A DNA stretch of 64,000 nucleotides from NCBI RefSeq assembly GCF_022539665.2, contig NC_081331.1:7626001-7690000 (forward strand). The letters are read 5' to 3'. A program made the translations under genes and the position numbers. The stretch comes from Daphnia carinata (taxonomy: Eukaryota). Below the pieces are notes generated by a model. It had not been told where the DNA came from and made no database searches. It saw only the letters and a program-made list of their open reading frames with translations. Shown here one piece after another: positions 23,859 to 34,900 of the stretch (its first letter is position 1; the number at the start of each line of letters is the position of its first letter).

Positions 23859-26800
23859 ATGCATACACCCCAAGCACGCCGAGAAATGTGTGAAAGGGAT
23901 AACCGGTGCCTGAAGTGTTTAGGCCGGTCTCATCGAACAGAACACTGCATGGCTAGAGTGCCTTGTAGAAATTGCCACAGCCTGGATCACAGTCCGGCGC
24001 TTTGTCTGTCAAGACAAAGACCGTCAACAAACATCGCCCGGGCCCAATCTCCTCAGCGGTCTTCAGGAAGAACGGTCACCATCGACACCAACATAAATAT
24101 CGCCCAGACCGCCAACGGATTGCCTACGTTCACGGCATTCATCAAGGGAGAACCCGGACACAAGATCCCCGTTTTGGGTCTAATTGACTCAGGAAGTCAA
24201 AGATCGTTTATCAAACGAAGAATCGCGCACGGCGCTGCTAAGGAGAACGAAGAAATAGAGGAGATAAGGATCAATACCTTTGGCTCTACGAAGGCGCAGA
24301 TTGAAATAACCAAATCGTACGACATTTGGTTAATCACTCAAACGGGTGATGAAATCAAACTTCGGACAACGGAGATGGAGTTTTTGGCCAAGGCTACACC
24401 GAAGACACACTCCGCCATTCGAGAGGTCTTGACACAGCGAGGAGAAAACCTCGCCGACGACCGCCGAGATCACGACCAAGGTGACGGGGAATTCGAGCTA
24501 GTGATTGGCTGCGACTACTACTGGCACCTTCTCTCTCACGAAACCTTACAAGGAGCTGATGACTCGGTGGCCTGTGCGAGCAAGCTAGGCTGGATCATCT
24601 TCGGTTCCCCGGGAGAGAACAGACAAACAACCGCACTTACCACTACGACGGACCCCAGTCGAGCGATGGTCGACTTTAAGGAATTTTGGACACTAGAACA
24701 CATGGGGGTTACACCCTCGGAGGCGGAAGACCCAAGTTTTCTTCAAACATATCAACATTCTATCAAAAGGGACAGCAGCGGGCGATATGAGGTTCTGTTT
24801 CCTTTCAAAGACAACCGAAGGGCGATGGAATCAAACAAAGGCATCGCGCTAGCCCGACTCAACAGTCTACTAAAAAGGATGAAAGGGGAAGACCGACGGT
24901 CATACCACGAGATCTTCCAACAGTACCTTGAGAAGGGATACATCGAAGAAGCTGACGGAAGTTATACCGGTATCTGTACCTACCTTCCGCACCGGCCCGT
25001 CATCAAGCAAGAGGCCACATCGACAAAAATCCGGCCGGTGTTCGACGGCTCAGCGCACCTTCATGGCCGGCCAAGCCTGAACGACCTGCTAGAAACAGGC
25101 CCGAACCTTAACCCCGAACTCTTAGCCGTGTTGCTAAGGTTCAGACGCCACAAGATATCATGGATGGCCGACATAACGCAGGCTTTCCTGCAAATCGGCA
25201 TACAAGAGGATCACGGACAAATCGTCCGATTCTTATGGGTCAGAAACCCCGACGAGGACCCAGTAAAACTAATAGAGTACCGCTGGAAGCGGGTACCCTT
25301 CGGACTATCCAGCAGCCCTTTCATCTTAAGAGCAGTGATCCTGAAATGCCTGGACGACAGTGGATCTGGGTACCCCGACCTTGTCAACCAGTTGCGGGAG
25401 CAAGTCTACGTGGACGACTGGTTGGGAGGAGCTGATAGCGTACAGCAGGCGGCCCAACTCATCACGCAGGCGATACACCTGTTCAGCACCGCAAAAATGG
25501 AATTACGAAAGTCGAACACCAACTGCAAGGAGCTGAGCAAGGAACTAAGCAATATGGAGTTTCAGAACGAGCTTATAAACGTGGGTCAGAATCCCGGGGC
25601 AACTATTAAAGCCCTCGGCGTAGCGTGGGACCCGTCGACCGATACATTTCAATTCAACGCCCAGAAGATCTTGGAGGAAGCCGGGAAGCTGGATAACAGG
25701 CCCTCAAAACGCAAGCTCTTTAGTCTTGCCCTTAGAGTCTTCGACCCCATGGGGCTGATATCTCCAGTGACCGTGATCGCAAAAATCATCATGCAGAAGA
25801 TATGGGCTGAAAAAATCGGGTGGGACGATCCCGTTCCCGCCAAAATTATCCCCCACTGGGAGACTTTCATCAAGGGCCTCGCCGATCTCGCCGACACCAA
25901 AATAGAACGCTGGATCGGACCAGAGACCCAACGCCTGCACCTCTTTTGCGACGCCAGTGATGACGCGTACAGCGTCGCGGCGTATATACAAAATGGGGCA
26001 CAAACCAGGCTCTTATGCAGTAAAACTAGGATCGCGCCAGATCCCAAAAAATCTGTGTCTACCCCTCGACTGGAGCTGCTGAGTAACTTACTCGCGGCTC
26101 GGCTAGGGAAATACATCGAAACCGCATTAGCAACACCCTTTGAGAAGATTTTGTGGACCGATTCTTCGATCGCCTACTGGTGGATCAAAGGGGAATCGGG
26201 ACGCTGGAAACAGTTCGTGCACAACCGGGTCTCGGAGATCAGGGAGACCATAGAAGCCGAAAACGTGAGGCATTGCCCGGGCACCCAGAACCCTGCGGAC
26301 ATCGCCTCAAGAGGAGCGGCCGTTAACGCATTAAACAAGACCATAGGATGGTGGTTCGGGCCCCAGTGGCTGACCGACTGCAGCCGATGGCCGACAGGTC
26401 CAAATTCGCCAGACCCAGACCGAATTAAGGATATCCACAAAGAAGAAAAACCCAAAGAGGTCACAGTAAGCACGGCCACAACGGAAAATCGATGGTACGA
26501 GAACCACAGTCGCCTACGATCAATTACGCGGATCTGGGCGACCGTCCGCCGAGCAATAACTCGGTTCCGAGGAAAGGAAAGCCCGGTCTCGACGACAGCC
26601 AAGGTGGCTTTTGGTCAGGCATTTCCCATGTTAACAGTGGACGAGGTAGAGATCGTCGAACTGGACCTGTGGCGAGAAACTCAACGGGACACGTTCGCCG
26701 AAGTAAGGAAGGCGCTAAGAAAAAACTTGGCCCCGCGACACGAGAAACTGAGAAAACTGGGGCTCGTATGGGACGACAAGGCCAGGTTAATAAGATGTGT

Positions 26801-28232
26801 TGGTCGCCATCAGAATTGGCTCCAATACAACCACAAACCAGCAGTGATACTCCTCCCCGAAGATCATTTTTTAACCAAGAAGTTAGTAGAACAAACACAC
26901 GAACGACTCCAACACACGGGAGTAAATACAACGATGCTGGAAATAAGAAGATCCTTCTGGATTCCAAGATTGAGACAGACCGTCAAAAAGGAGTTACGAC
27001 GGTGCGTTCGATGCCAAAGGTTAGACGCAAGGGCGTTCAACGAGATCCCGGGCCCGCTACCGCTTGACCGCCTGCAGATGTCCAATCCCTTCGAAGTAAC
27101 AGGAGTGGATTTCGCGGGCCCCTTCCCCCTCACGGGCCCCGCCGTCAACCACGAAGAAAAAGGATATATCTGTCTATTCACTTGTGCAGTGACGCGAGCA
27201 GTCCACCTGGAGCTCACCACAGGGCAGGACACGACGACTTTCATCAACGCGATAAGAAGATTCTTCGCGAGACGGGAAGTGCCCAAAGTGATGTATTCGG
27301 ACAACGCCCGCACATTCACTCAAGCAGCCCGGTATCTACGAGCATCCTACCGGAGTGAGCGCGTATATAACACGCTGTTGGATCTTAAGGTAAAATGGCG
27401 TTTTTCCCCAAGCCTCGCACCCTGGTGGGGCGGGTTCTGGGAAATAATGGTCCAAACCGTGAAGAAATTGATATATAAAACGTTCGGCAACGAGCGGTTA
27501 TCGTATGACGTGTTTCAAACCGTGCTAACGGAGATTGAAAACACCATCAACCTTAGACCGTTGACGTATGTCTCAGACGACGACGACGAGCCATTGACGC
27601 CGAAACAATTAATATCCGGACATCGCCAGAAACAGAAACACCCCGTCGACGAAGAAGAAAGGGAATACTCGACCCGCACAGCAATCACACAACGGGAACT
27701 AAAACGGCGGAAGCTCCTAGGCATTTGGTGGGAGAACTTCTACAAGGAGTACGTAGCAGATTTAGAAAAGTTCCATTGTCCATCGCCCAGAAGTACGAAG
27801 TCAGTGGAAGTCGGGCAGGTGGTCCTGATTCACGACGACCACTGCAAACGGTCTAAATGGAAAACCGGCAGGGTAGCGAAAATCTACCCAAGCTCAGACG
27901 GCAAGATTCGACGAGTGGCGGTGTTGATCGCAAATAAAAGTACCGGAGTCGGATCGACCCCGATCTACCGGGACATGAAAACACTGTTCCCGTTAGAACT
28001 ACATGCAGGGCAAATCGACAACGATCCTTCCAATATAGACCCATTTCCCTCGGATCAAAACCCGATATCGGAATCTGAGTCGGACTCTGATTTGGACAGC
28101 GGTCCAACGGGGGGAGTGTCAGAAATTCTGACGGCCAACTCACAGACTACGGGCCAGGACGGGACTTGGAGTAGGAACTCAAACCCGGACGACGGGGGGC
28201 ACCAAGACCTCAGGCGGAAGAAACCAGTTTAG
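23859..28232 (+). CDS. BEL-1 Pol (end of Gag knuckles, aspartic protease, RT, Pao RNase H/peptidase A17 region, integrase); ends inside the 3' LTR
   Basis: LIDSGSQRSFI, YLPHRPV, VPFGLSSSPF, YVDD, LHLFCDAS, PRLELL, GVDFAGP, CAVTRAVHLEL and PWWGGFWE in a 1457-aa open frame. Confidence 0.97.
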   Translation: MHTPQARREMCERDNRCLKCLGRSHRTEHCMARVPCRNCHSLDHSPALCLSRQRPSTNIARAQSPQRSSGRTVTIDTNINIAQTANGLPTFTAFIKGEPGHKIPVLGLIDSGSQRSFIKRRIAHGAAKENEEIEEIRINTFGSTKAQIEITKSYDIWLITQTGDEIKLRTTEMEFLAKATPKTHSAIREVLTQRGENLADDRRDHDQGDGEFELVIGCDYYWHLLSHETLQGADDSVACASKLGWIIFGSPGENRQTTALTTTTDPSRAMVDFKEFWTLEHMGVTPSEAEDPSFLQTYQHSIKRDSSGRYEVLFPFKDNRRAMESNKGIALARLNSLLKRMKGEDRRSYHEIFQQYLEKGYIEEADGSYTGICTYLPHRPVIKQEATSTKIRPVFDGSAHLHGRPSLNDLLETGPNLNPELLAVLLRFRRHKISWMADITQAFLQIGIQEDHGQIVRFLWVRNPDEDPVKLIEYRWKRVPFGLSSSPFILRAVILKCLDDSGSGYPDLVNQLREQVYVDDWLGGADSVQQAAQLITQAIHLFSTAKMELRKSNTNCKELSKELSNMEFQNELINVGQNPGATIKALGVAWDPSTDTFQFNAQKILEEAGKLDNRPSKRKLFSLALRVFDPMGLISPVTVIAKIIMQKIWAEKIGWDDPVPAKIIPHWETFIKGLADLADTKIERWIGPETQRLHLFCDASDDAYSVAAYIQNGAQTRLLCSKTRIAPDPKKSVSTPRLELLSNLLAARLGKYIETALATPFEKILWTDSSIAYWWIKGESGRWKQFVHNRVSEIRETIEAENVRHCPGTQNPADIASRGAAVNALNKTIGWWFGPQWLTDCSRWPTGPNSPDPDRIKDIHKEEKPKEVTVSTATTENRWYENHSRLRSITRIWATVRRAITRFRGKESPVSTTAKVAFGQAFPMLTVDEVEIVELDLWRETQRDTFAEVRKALRKNLAPRHEKLRKLGLVWDDKARLIRCVGRHQNWLQYNHKPAVILLPEDHFLTKKLVEQTHERLQHTGVNTTMLEIRRSFWIPRLRQTVKKELRRCVRCQRLDARAFNEIPGPLPLDRLQMSNPFEVTGVDFAGPFPLTGPAVNHEEKGYICLFTCAVTRAVHLELTTGQDTTTFINAIRRFFARREVPKVMYSDNARTFTQAARYLRASYRSERVYNTLLDLKVKWRFSPSLAPWWGGFWEIMVQTVKKLIYKTFGNERLSYDVFQTVLTEIENTINLRPLTYVSDDDDEPLTPKQLISGHRQKQKHPVDEEEREYSTRTAITQRELKRRKLLGIWWENFYKEYVADLEKFHCPSPRSTKSVEVGQVVLIHDDHCKRSKWKTGRVAKIYPSSDGKIRRVAVLIANKSTGVGSTPIYRDMKTLFPLELHAGQIDNDPSNIDPFPSDQNPISESESDSDLDSGPTGGVSEILTANSQTTGQDGTWSRNSNPDDGGHQDLRRKKPV

Positions 28233-29117
28233 ATCCCGCGAGCAGAAATAGACACACCGGTAGACGGTAATTGAGAGTAAGCGTGGCCGGAGGAAAAAGG
28301 CGACACGCCGTGTATAAAAACCTGGGACCCCGATACATATTATCCAAATATGTTGACGTGTTTTACATCTATGTAGAGAGCGGTCTCTAACGAGTCACAT
28401 CCGTACCTCTCTTCAAAAACCCAACGGAAAGAAGAAGGATAGATGCCGCCTCAAAGGACCTTGGAACATCGGAGAAGGGGAATTGGAGTATAGCAGGAAG
28501 GGATCATCCCGCGGTTAGAAGAAAGCAAAACAAGCGGCGACCTCTAGGCCAACGTTGAAATTGATGTCTAAAATTAATAAGTTATTTGTCAACGGTGGGG
28601 TTTGTAGGGGTATAAAGAGGGGCTGAATAGGCCTATTCAATACACTCACATTTTTGCACCGATCGCGTCTGGTAACTCGCTTTTTCACTTACTTGTCTCG
28701 TTGTTGTTGTGCCTGCTGTTCTCTCCGCCGCCGCTGGTCGCCGTTCGCCGCTGGGTTGCCGCCTCGTGCCTTTTGTGCCTGCCTGCCCGCCGATTCGTCG
28801 CCCCGCGCCGCCGCTTTCCCACCTCACCGCGCTGCAGCCTTCCAACAACCAAAGAGTAAGTAATTAGCAACTTCTTCCCTTATTAACTCTTGTAATTCTC
28901 TTAGGTGACGTCCACGCCGACGAGTGTCCAGCCCAGCCACCTTCGCCCGCCACGATAGCTCCCCCAAACCGGGAGTCCTATCCTTCATCTTGCTTAACCG
29001 GCGACTCTTAGTCGACTCGCCCTTAATCAAATATATATATACGCTAGCCCCTATAAGGGCTAGGCCGTCTATTATTCTTGTTCTGAGTCGGCAGTCTCCG
29101 ACGGTGGTTTTTCCACA
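28117..29117 (+). repeat. BEL-1 3' LTR
   Basis: Near-identical to 20466-21464; followed by TSD CAGGG. Confidence 0.97.
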
Positions 29118-30318
29118 CAGGGAATTCCACATTAATTGAATTGACGCGCAACATATATCTAAAGTTGAGAAGCGATATTGAAACTCAATTTAATGTAACC
29201 CTTCGATTTCTATGATAATTATTTACCTAGTCACTGTTAAAACGCCACACAGAAGCTCTATAAAATATTTGTTAAATACAATTAATTTCTTTTTTCACGA
29301 TACATTGCTCATTAGGCTGGATGGACCATGCGATGGTAAAGAAAAAAACATGGTTTTTCTTTCAGCTCCCTATCGGGTCCTGAAACCTTAATTTTTATGT
29401 ATTGCTTGTCTTTGAAAAAAGCGTTGAAAAAAAACAGGTATATAAGGGTTGGCGAACCCCACCAATGGTAGCCTTATGGCAACCCGCAAAATTAGAAAAT
29501 CCGCAAAACGGGAAGGGCCACCCCTCGCGCGACTTTTCCCGTTTTGTGGAGCCTCACTGTATAGGATTTCTCGAAGCAAAGGCCGCATTTCAGGCAACAG
29601 TTGAAAAACGAAGAAATAAATGCTGAAAAGCATTTGTCAGTGACCAATGTGCGCTTACCTGCATAGCAGAAAAATATTTCCTTGCAAGATGCGAACGACG
29701 GGGTTTTCCCATGGGAACATAGAAAGCATATGAACGTAGGAGTTGATAATTTTTGTTATTCTTCATTGTAATTTATAGTTCCATATAGTATCTTTTAGAG
29801 AGAATTCCCTTCTAATAGACAGCTGGGAGTTTTGCAAAACGGTTGACAAAGATCTACACTATTAACTGAAAATGAAAAATTTACTAAGACATTTTAAGAG
29901 CAAAACTAAACAACTACTGAAAAAAATCCAAAAGATTCTTCTGTCGAATGAATGGGATAAGCAATATAACAACAAAATTTCCAATAAGGGTATACTACTA
30001 CTCTCCCAAACTTTTCTTCTTTTTTGTTATGTCTTTGTAAGCTGTGTTAACTTCAGTTTAATTATAGCTTATGTTGATAATTGCCACCACCTTGATGGGA
30101 AAATCTGAGAAGAAAAGAGAGAGAGAAAATATAAGCTTTGAGATGGGTGGGGTGGACGAGAACCTAAGATGGGTAATGTTTTCACTTAAATCTAGAGACA
30201 ATCCCAATTGTCCGTATATATATGAAAATAGAAATCAATCTGACAAAGAGTCCTGATCACCAAGAATCGCAGACCCAAAATGATTCTGCCATCTTTTTTC
30301 GCTTGCATGGACGCTTAT

Positions 30319-30925
30319 GGTAGCCGGTGAAATAGGACTGGAGAAATCGGACTGACTTTTAAAAACTTTTAGGACAGTCCTATTTCTCCATGGCATCAGT
30401 CCTATTTCTCCTCGGCATCAGTCCTATTTCTCCTTAGAAATAGTCCTATTTCATTTACCTTGTTCCAAGGGGAACGATGGGCCTCCAATCCGGAAGGCAA
30501 TGTATTGCGTAAGAGCGCCGGCTTATATACATTTCTCTTTTTAAAAAACCAATGATGTTGACTCATTAGATAAGAGGTTCACAAAACTTTTTTTCTTATC
30601 CTATTTTAATTCAAATTACAGGAGAACATGAACTATATTGTATTTAACAGAGTTCATTTAACAAAATACTATTAGACATACTACAGAAATATTTATTACT
30701 TATATTGCACATTATGTGGTCATAACCAACTTTTCCAATTGACCTAATGTTTTACTATTTCATACATCTATCGTTATATACAGCTTTTACATATTCTGAT
30801 TTTGCTCGAATAGTTTTTTATTAAATGAACTCTATTAGATTCAAAATAACTTATGTTCCCCAGCAATTAAAATTAAAATAGGATAAGAGATAAAAAATTT
30901 GTGAACCATTTAAATAATGAGTGAA
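30319..30925. mobile_element. Truncated second copy of the AAATAGGACT foldback element
   Basis: Starts GGTAGCCGGTGAAATAGGACTG; internal sequence parallels 16780-17210. Confidence 0.8.
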
Positions 30926-30944
30926 ATATTTATTTAAATTTCAT

Positions 30945-31780
30945 TTAAATAAGTAATGCCAGTAGCGTTGCAAACTTATGCGATAAGTTAAGCGTAAGAC
31001 ACAACAGGACGTTAGATGCTGTAGCCTTAAAATGACGTAACATCATTGTTGGATCACAAGCGTGGGTATATTTCAGAAACGGTGGCCGGGTGTTATGCTT
31101 TCTTTTAACTAAACCGATTACGAAAGGTTGTTTGATCACATCCGACAAACCGGATAAGGCTAACTTGAGAGTTGGCGACAACATCGAAGGGATAAATATT
31201 GCTCGAGCTGTCATTCGTACCCTGTTTGAAAGAATCCCAGGAAACTAAACATTTCAATTATGCCAATCGACAAGGGATCAAAATCCCTTCGATAGCACAA
31301 GTCACGCTATGCTTGCAGTCCGACTGATATTCAGTGAATGAATTGCTGCGCGTTGCTGCAAACAGAAGTTCAACAACTCTAGCGAAGGCCCTATACTCAG
31401 AAGCAATTCCGAACAGTCTTCATACGATTAGTCGTATCGAACTGTTCCACGTAAAACGGTGGCTCTCCCCCAATTGTGATGTGAACTGAATATGATGGGC
31501 CTCAGAAGCCTCGGTATGTCTGTTGCACGTTCCAGCAGGGTAGGAAACCAGGCTTGGCTTGGTCAGTGCGAGGTGTTCAAAACCATGGATGTTTGATCCT
31601 TGATTACCTTCAATATGCAAACCATTGGAATCGGGCCGAACGGAGTAAAGACATATTCCTGTAGATTTCACCAAGTTATCAAGAATGCGTCTATCTTTCA
31701 GGCATTCCGTGTGCGGAAACCACCTGACAAATGTGGCTAGATGGTTCCATTCGTTGGCAAACAGATAGATTTCTATCAAC
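30945..31780 (-). mobile_element. Degraded DIRS1-type retrotransposon fragment (methyltransferase-like domain and start of tyrosine recombinase)
   Basis: Across frames: IYLFANEWNHLATFVRW../IDAFLITW*...YVFTPFGPIP...ILKVIKD...*PSQAWFPTLLE..DIPRLL, then HNTRPPFLKYTHACDP...LSHKFATLLAL, matching DIRS MT and YR consensus motifs. Confidence 0.75.
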
Positions 31781-31785
31781 TATCA

Positions 31786-31990
31786 ATTTGCGAGAAATGA
31801 TTTGCATGCCACGGTTGATCCGTTTGGTTGGTACATCATAGATGACGATCCATTCAGAATCGCCTAGCGCTAGGGTTCCCTCCGGATGAAACACCGCTCT
31901 TTCCGTCACCACGAACTTTCCTTTCATTTCATGCGCTTGGATCATCTGTCCAATGGCACAGACCACTGATAAAAGCAGCATGTTCTTCAT
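31786..31990 (-). pseudogene. N-terminus of an env/F-like glycoprotein fused in frame to Gypsy pol, truncated
   Basis: Signal-peptide-like MKNMLLLSVVCAIGQMIQA, then AVFHPEGTLALGDSEWIVIYDVPT, resembling the G..F...G......W....YD opening of errantivirus/baculovirus F-type Env. Confidence 0.55.
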
Positions 31991-34900
31991 CCAGCCTGGT
32001 GCCCGTCTTTGTCGGATCGGACGACCCGGTGGCGGTTCCACCTCCTCTTGAACCCCAGGCCTTGGCTCCTCTTCCACTTGTAGGCCTTCGCCAAAATCTT
32101 CCTCCTCTGTTAATTCCAGTGGTCGGCGTTTCGCCTTTCTCCTCGCGCCTTTCGTCTCGGGTTGTCCAACCACTGCCGCGGTGTCGCTTTCCAGCGATCT
32201 CTCCGGACTCGTGCCCGCACGCACTGCCGCCTCCGGTTCCTCGGCCATTGCCGTGGTTTCTGGTGGTCCCTCGCTGGTGTCGGCACGCGTCACGGTCTCA
32301 GCTTCCACCCCGCCATCAGATTCGTCATCCGTCTCTATAACAAACCTCTTCATTTGAGAAACATGGACCACAATGGTTCTCTTCTTAGTAGGCTTTCGAA
32401 GTTCCTAGTTTAACTCAGTGATCTGCCTGATCACCTTGAAAGGGCCTACGAACTGGTGCAGTAACTTTTCAACGAGATCTTTCTTCCTCTGCGGCCGGAA
32501 GATTAACACCAGCTCGCCGGGTTCGTATACCGGTGCCTCACTGACTCTGGTGTCGTACTGAGACTTCTGGCGCTGCTGCACCAGGGCCAGTCTATCTCTT
32601 ACGTCTTCTCTCAAGTTCGCCATCGCCTTCATCAGCTCCTTTGGGTCGGCCAGCTTCGGTCGATTCGGCCCCGTCGCCGCTAGCAGGTCCGTCGGAATCA
32701 CTGCTTCTCGCCCATTCACCAGCATGAAAGGTGTATGATTGGTGCTCTCCTGGCGCACCGAGTTGTACGCAAACGTGACAAACCCGAGGAATTCGTCCCA
32801 GTCTTCGTGACTTTCATCCACGTACATCGCCAGCATGGTCGCCAGCGTCTTGTTTTGTCGCTCCACAAGACCGTTGGCCTGTTGGTGGTAAGGTACGGAC
32901 ATCCGATGGGAAAGTCGTAGACGGGCGAACACCTCACGGGTTACTTCTGCCGTGAAGCACTTCCCTTGGTCGGACGTCAGCTCCCGCGGAAATCCATGCC
33001 GCTACACAATTTCTTCGACGAAGAATTTTGCTATTTGCCGAGCCGTGGCATCCGGTACGGCTCTCGTTTCTACCCACTTAGTAAGGTAGTCGATGGTAAC
33101 GATCACGTTTGTATTCCCGCTTCGAGATTGCGGGAATGGACCAAGGACGTCTATCCCGATCCTTTCGAATGGTCCTCCCACTTGCGTGATCTCCATGAGT
33201 CCCTTCTTTTTCCCTTGATCCGGCTTCCGTGTCTGGCAACTTTTACATGCCTTGACATACCGGGTCACTGCTCTATCCAGAACAAGATCACAGAATAAGT
33301 ACTTAGACTATGGACAAGACATGTGGTTTAGAACACGAAGTCGACTAAATATAAATTGTGAAGAGAGATACCTAGGAGTCGGTGAAGTGATTTCCTTGGG
33401 TCAGAGGATACAAGTTCACGAGACAAGAAATGGACGTGTAGTGTCAGAAACGTAGGGGTTGGAGCAGACGAAACATAATTACGATTGGGGAAAAGGATAT
33501 TAGGGTTAAACATCAATTTTAGTGGTTGGTCTGTCATCGCCTCATTCTTCATTACGCTAGGCTTAAGTGGTAGGCTCTAAAGACGTAGTTTTCGCCGGAA
33601 CAATTCCTTTTCCCTCCATTGCCGTGAGAGGATACGCCGTCTTGGCGAAGTTCGGCGCAAACTTGCGATAGAAGAAGCAAAGGCCTACAAAGCTCTTCAC
33701 CCACTTCCTCTTTACTTTTTCACTAGCATTGAGGTTTGGGCCAGGGAACGTTTCAATGGCCTTGCAGTGGTCAGGATCCAGTTCGATTCCGGCTCGGCTC
33801 ACGACATGGCCCAACATCCGCACACGCTCATTCCCGAAGGCACACTTTTCAATCTTCAGCTTTAAGTTCGCCCTCCGGAAGCACGACAAGACTTTTCCGA
33901 GCCTCTCCATGTTCCTTTGCATCCCTCCCGAAGATGACTACATCATCCATGTACACCAGACAATCGGTCCACTTGAGCCCTGCCAACACCATATCCATGA
34001 GCCGCTGGAATGTGCTCGGTGCTGAACACAATCCAAACGGCATCACCCGAAACTGATAAAGGCCGTCAGGCGTCGCAAACGCTGTCTTCGGCTTGTCTCC
34101 TTCGGCAACTGGCACCTGCCAGTACCCGCTCTGAAGGTCTACAACACTGAAAAGTGTCGCTCCCTCCAGCTTCGATAATGCATCGTCGATGCGTGGAAGT
34201 GGATAGACGTCCTTCGTCGTTACATCATTTAGACGTCGGTAATCTATGCAGAATCGCCACTTCCCATCCTTCTTCTTCACAAGGACTATTGGCGATGACC
34301 AAGGGCTCTGCGCAGGTTCAATAACCCCCTGCCGCAGAATCTTGTCTACCTCCGCCTTAATTAGCTCCCGTTCCTGCCAGGCGTGTCGCCTTGGCAACTG
34401 CTTGATTGGCGCCGCATCACCCGTAGGTATAGCATGCTCCAGAACAATACACTGTCCAAGACAATCGCTGCCTTCAGCGAACACATCTTAGAAACCCATC
34501 AAAAGCGAAATGAGATCTATGCGATCTTCTCCTGTCAGTGTCTTCGCCACACATTCCTCGAACATAGCCGGGTCTTGTTTTCCAGGCCGTTCACTGCCTC
34601 TTCCGGCTGCACGCCCATCTTCCATTTCCAGTGGAAGACCACTGCTCTAGTCGACAGCCACCAATTGCCCAAGCGATGTCCCTTCCACAATTACATGATC
34701 TGTGTGGTAGACGTTCATCACGTGAACCACAGCATCCGACTTGGTGCAGTCAATCAGAGCGTGACCCGCTGATAGGCCACTTTTCTCGCGAAGCTTCTTC
34801 GACGGGCGGAGGAGCATAATTGCGTCTATACTTTCTCCCTCCGGGATAGACACCTTGACCGGCACAGCACTCCTTTTCGGAACCGTGACACGCACTGTTG

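Larger units (their letters stand above)
20466..29117 (+). mobile_element. Full-length, very young BEL/Pao LTR retrotransposon (BEL-1)
   Basis: TG...CA LTRs of 999 and 1001 bp; 5-bp TSD CAGGG at 20461-20465 and 29118-29122; PBS; PPT GGGGGGAG at 28109-28116; gag-PR-RT-RH-IN domain order. Confidence 0.98.
18327..29559 (+). mobile_element. pogo/Tigger DNA transposon split by a BEL element
   Basis: TIRs TA|TAATAAGGCTCCACAAAACGG (18327) and CCGTTTTGTGGAGCCTCACTG|TA (29559); CENP-B/DDE_1-type transposase inside. Confidence 0.9.

Noticed and set aside
26492..27067. 191-aa overlapping ORF and other antisense ORFs within BEL-1 and Gypsy pol
   Set aside because: Shadow frames of GC-richer coding DNA with no motifs or expression signals.
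31420..31779. 119-aa ORF as a continuation of the Gypsy env
   Set aside because: Its frames match the DIRS methyltransferase-like region, so it belongs to a different element.
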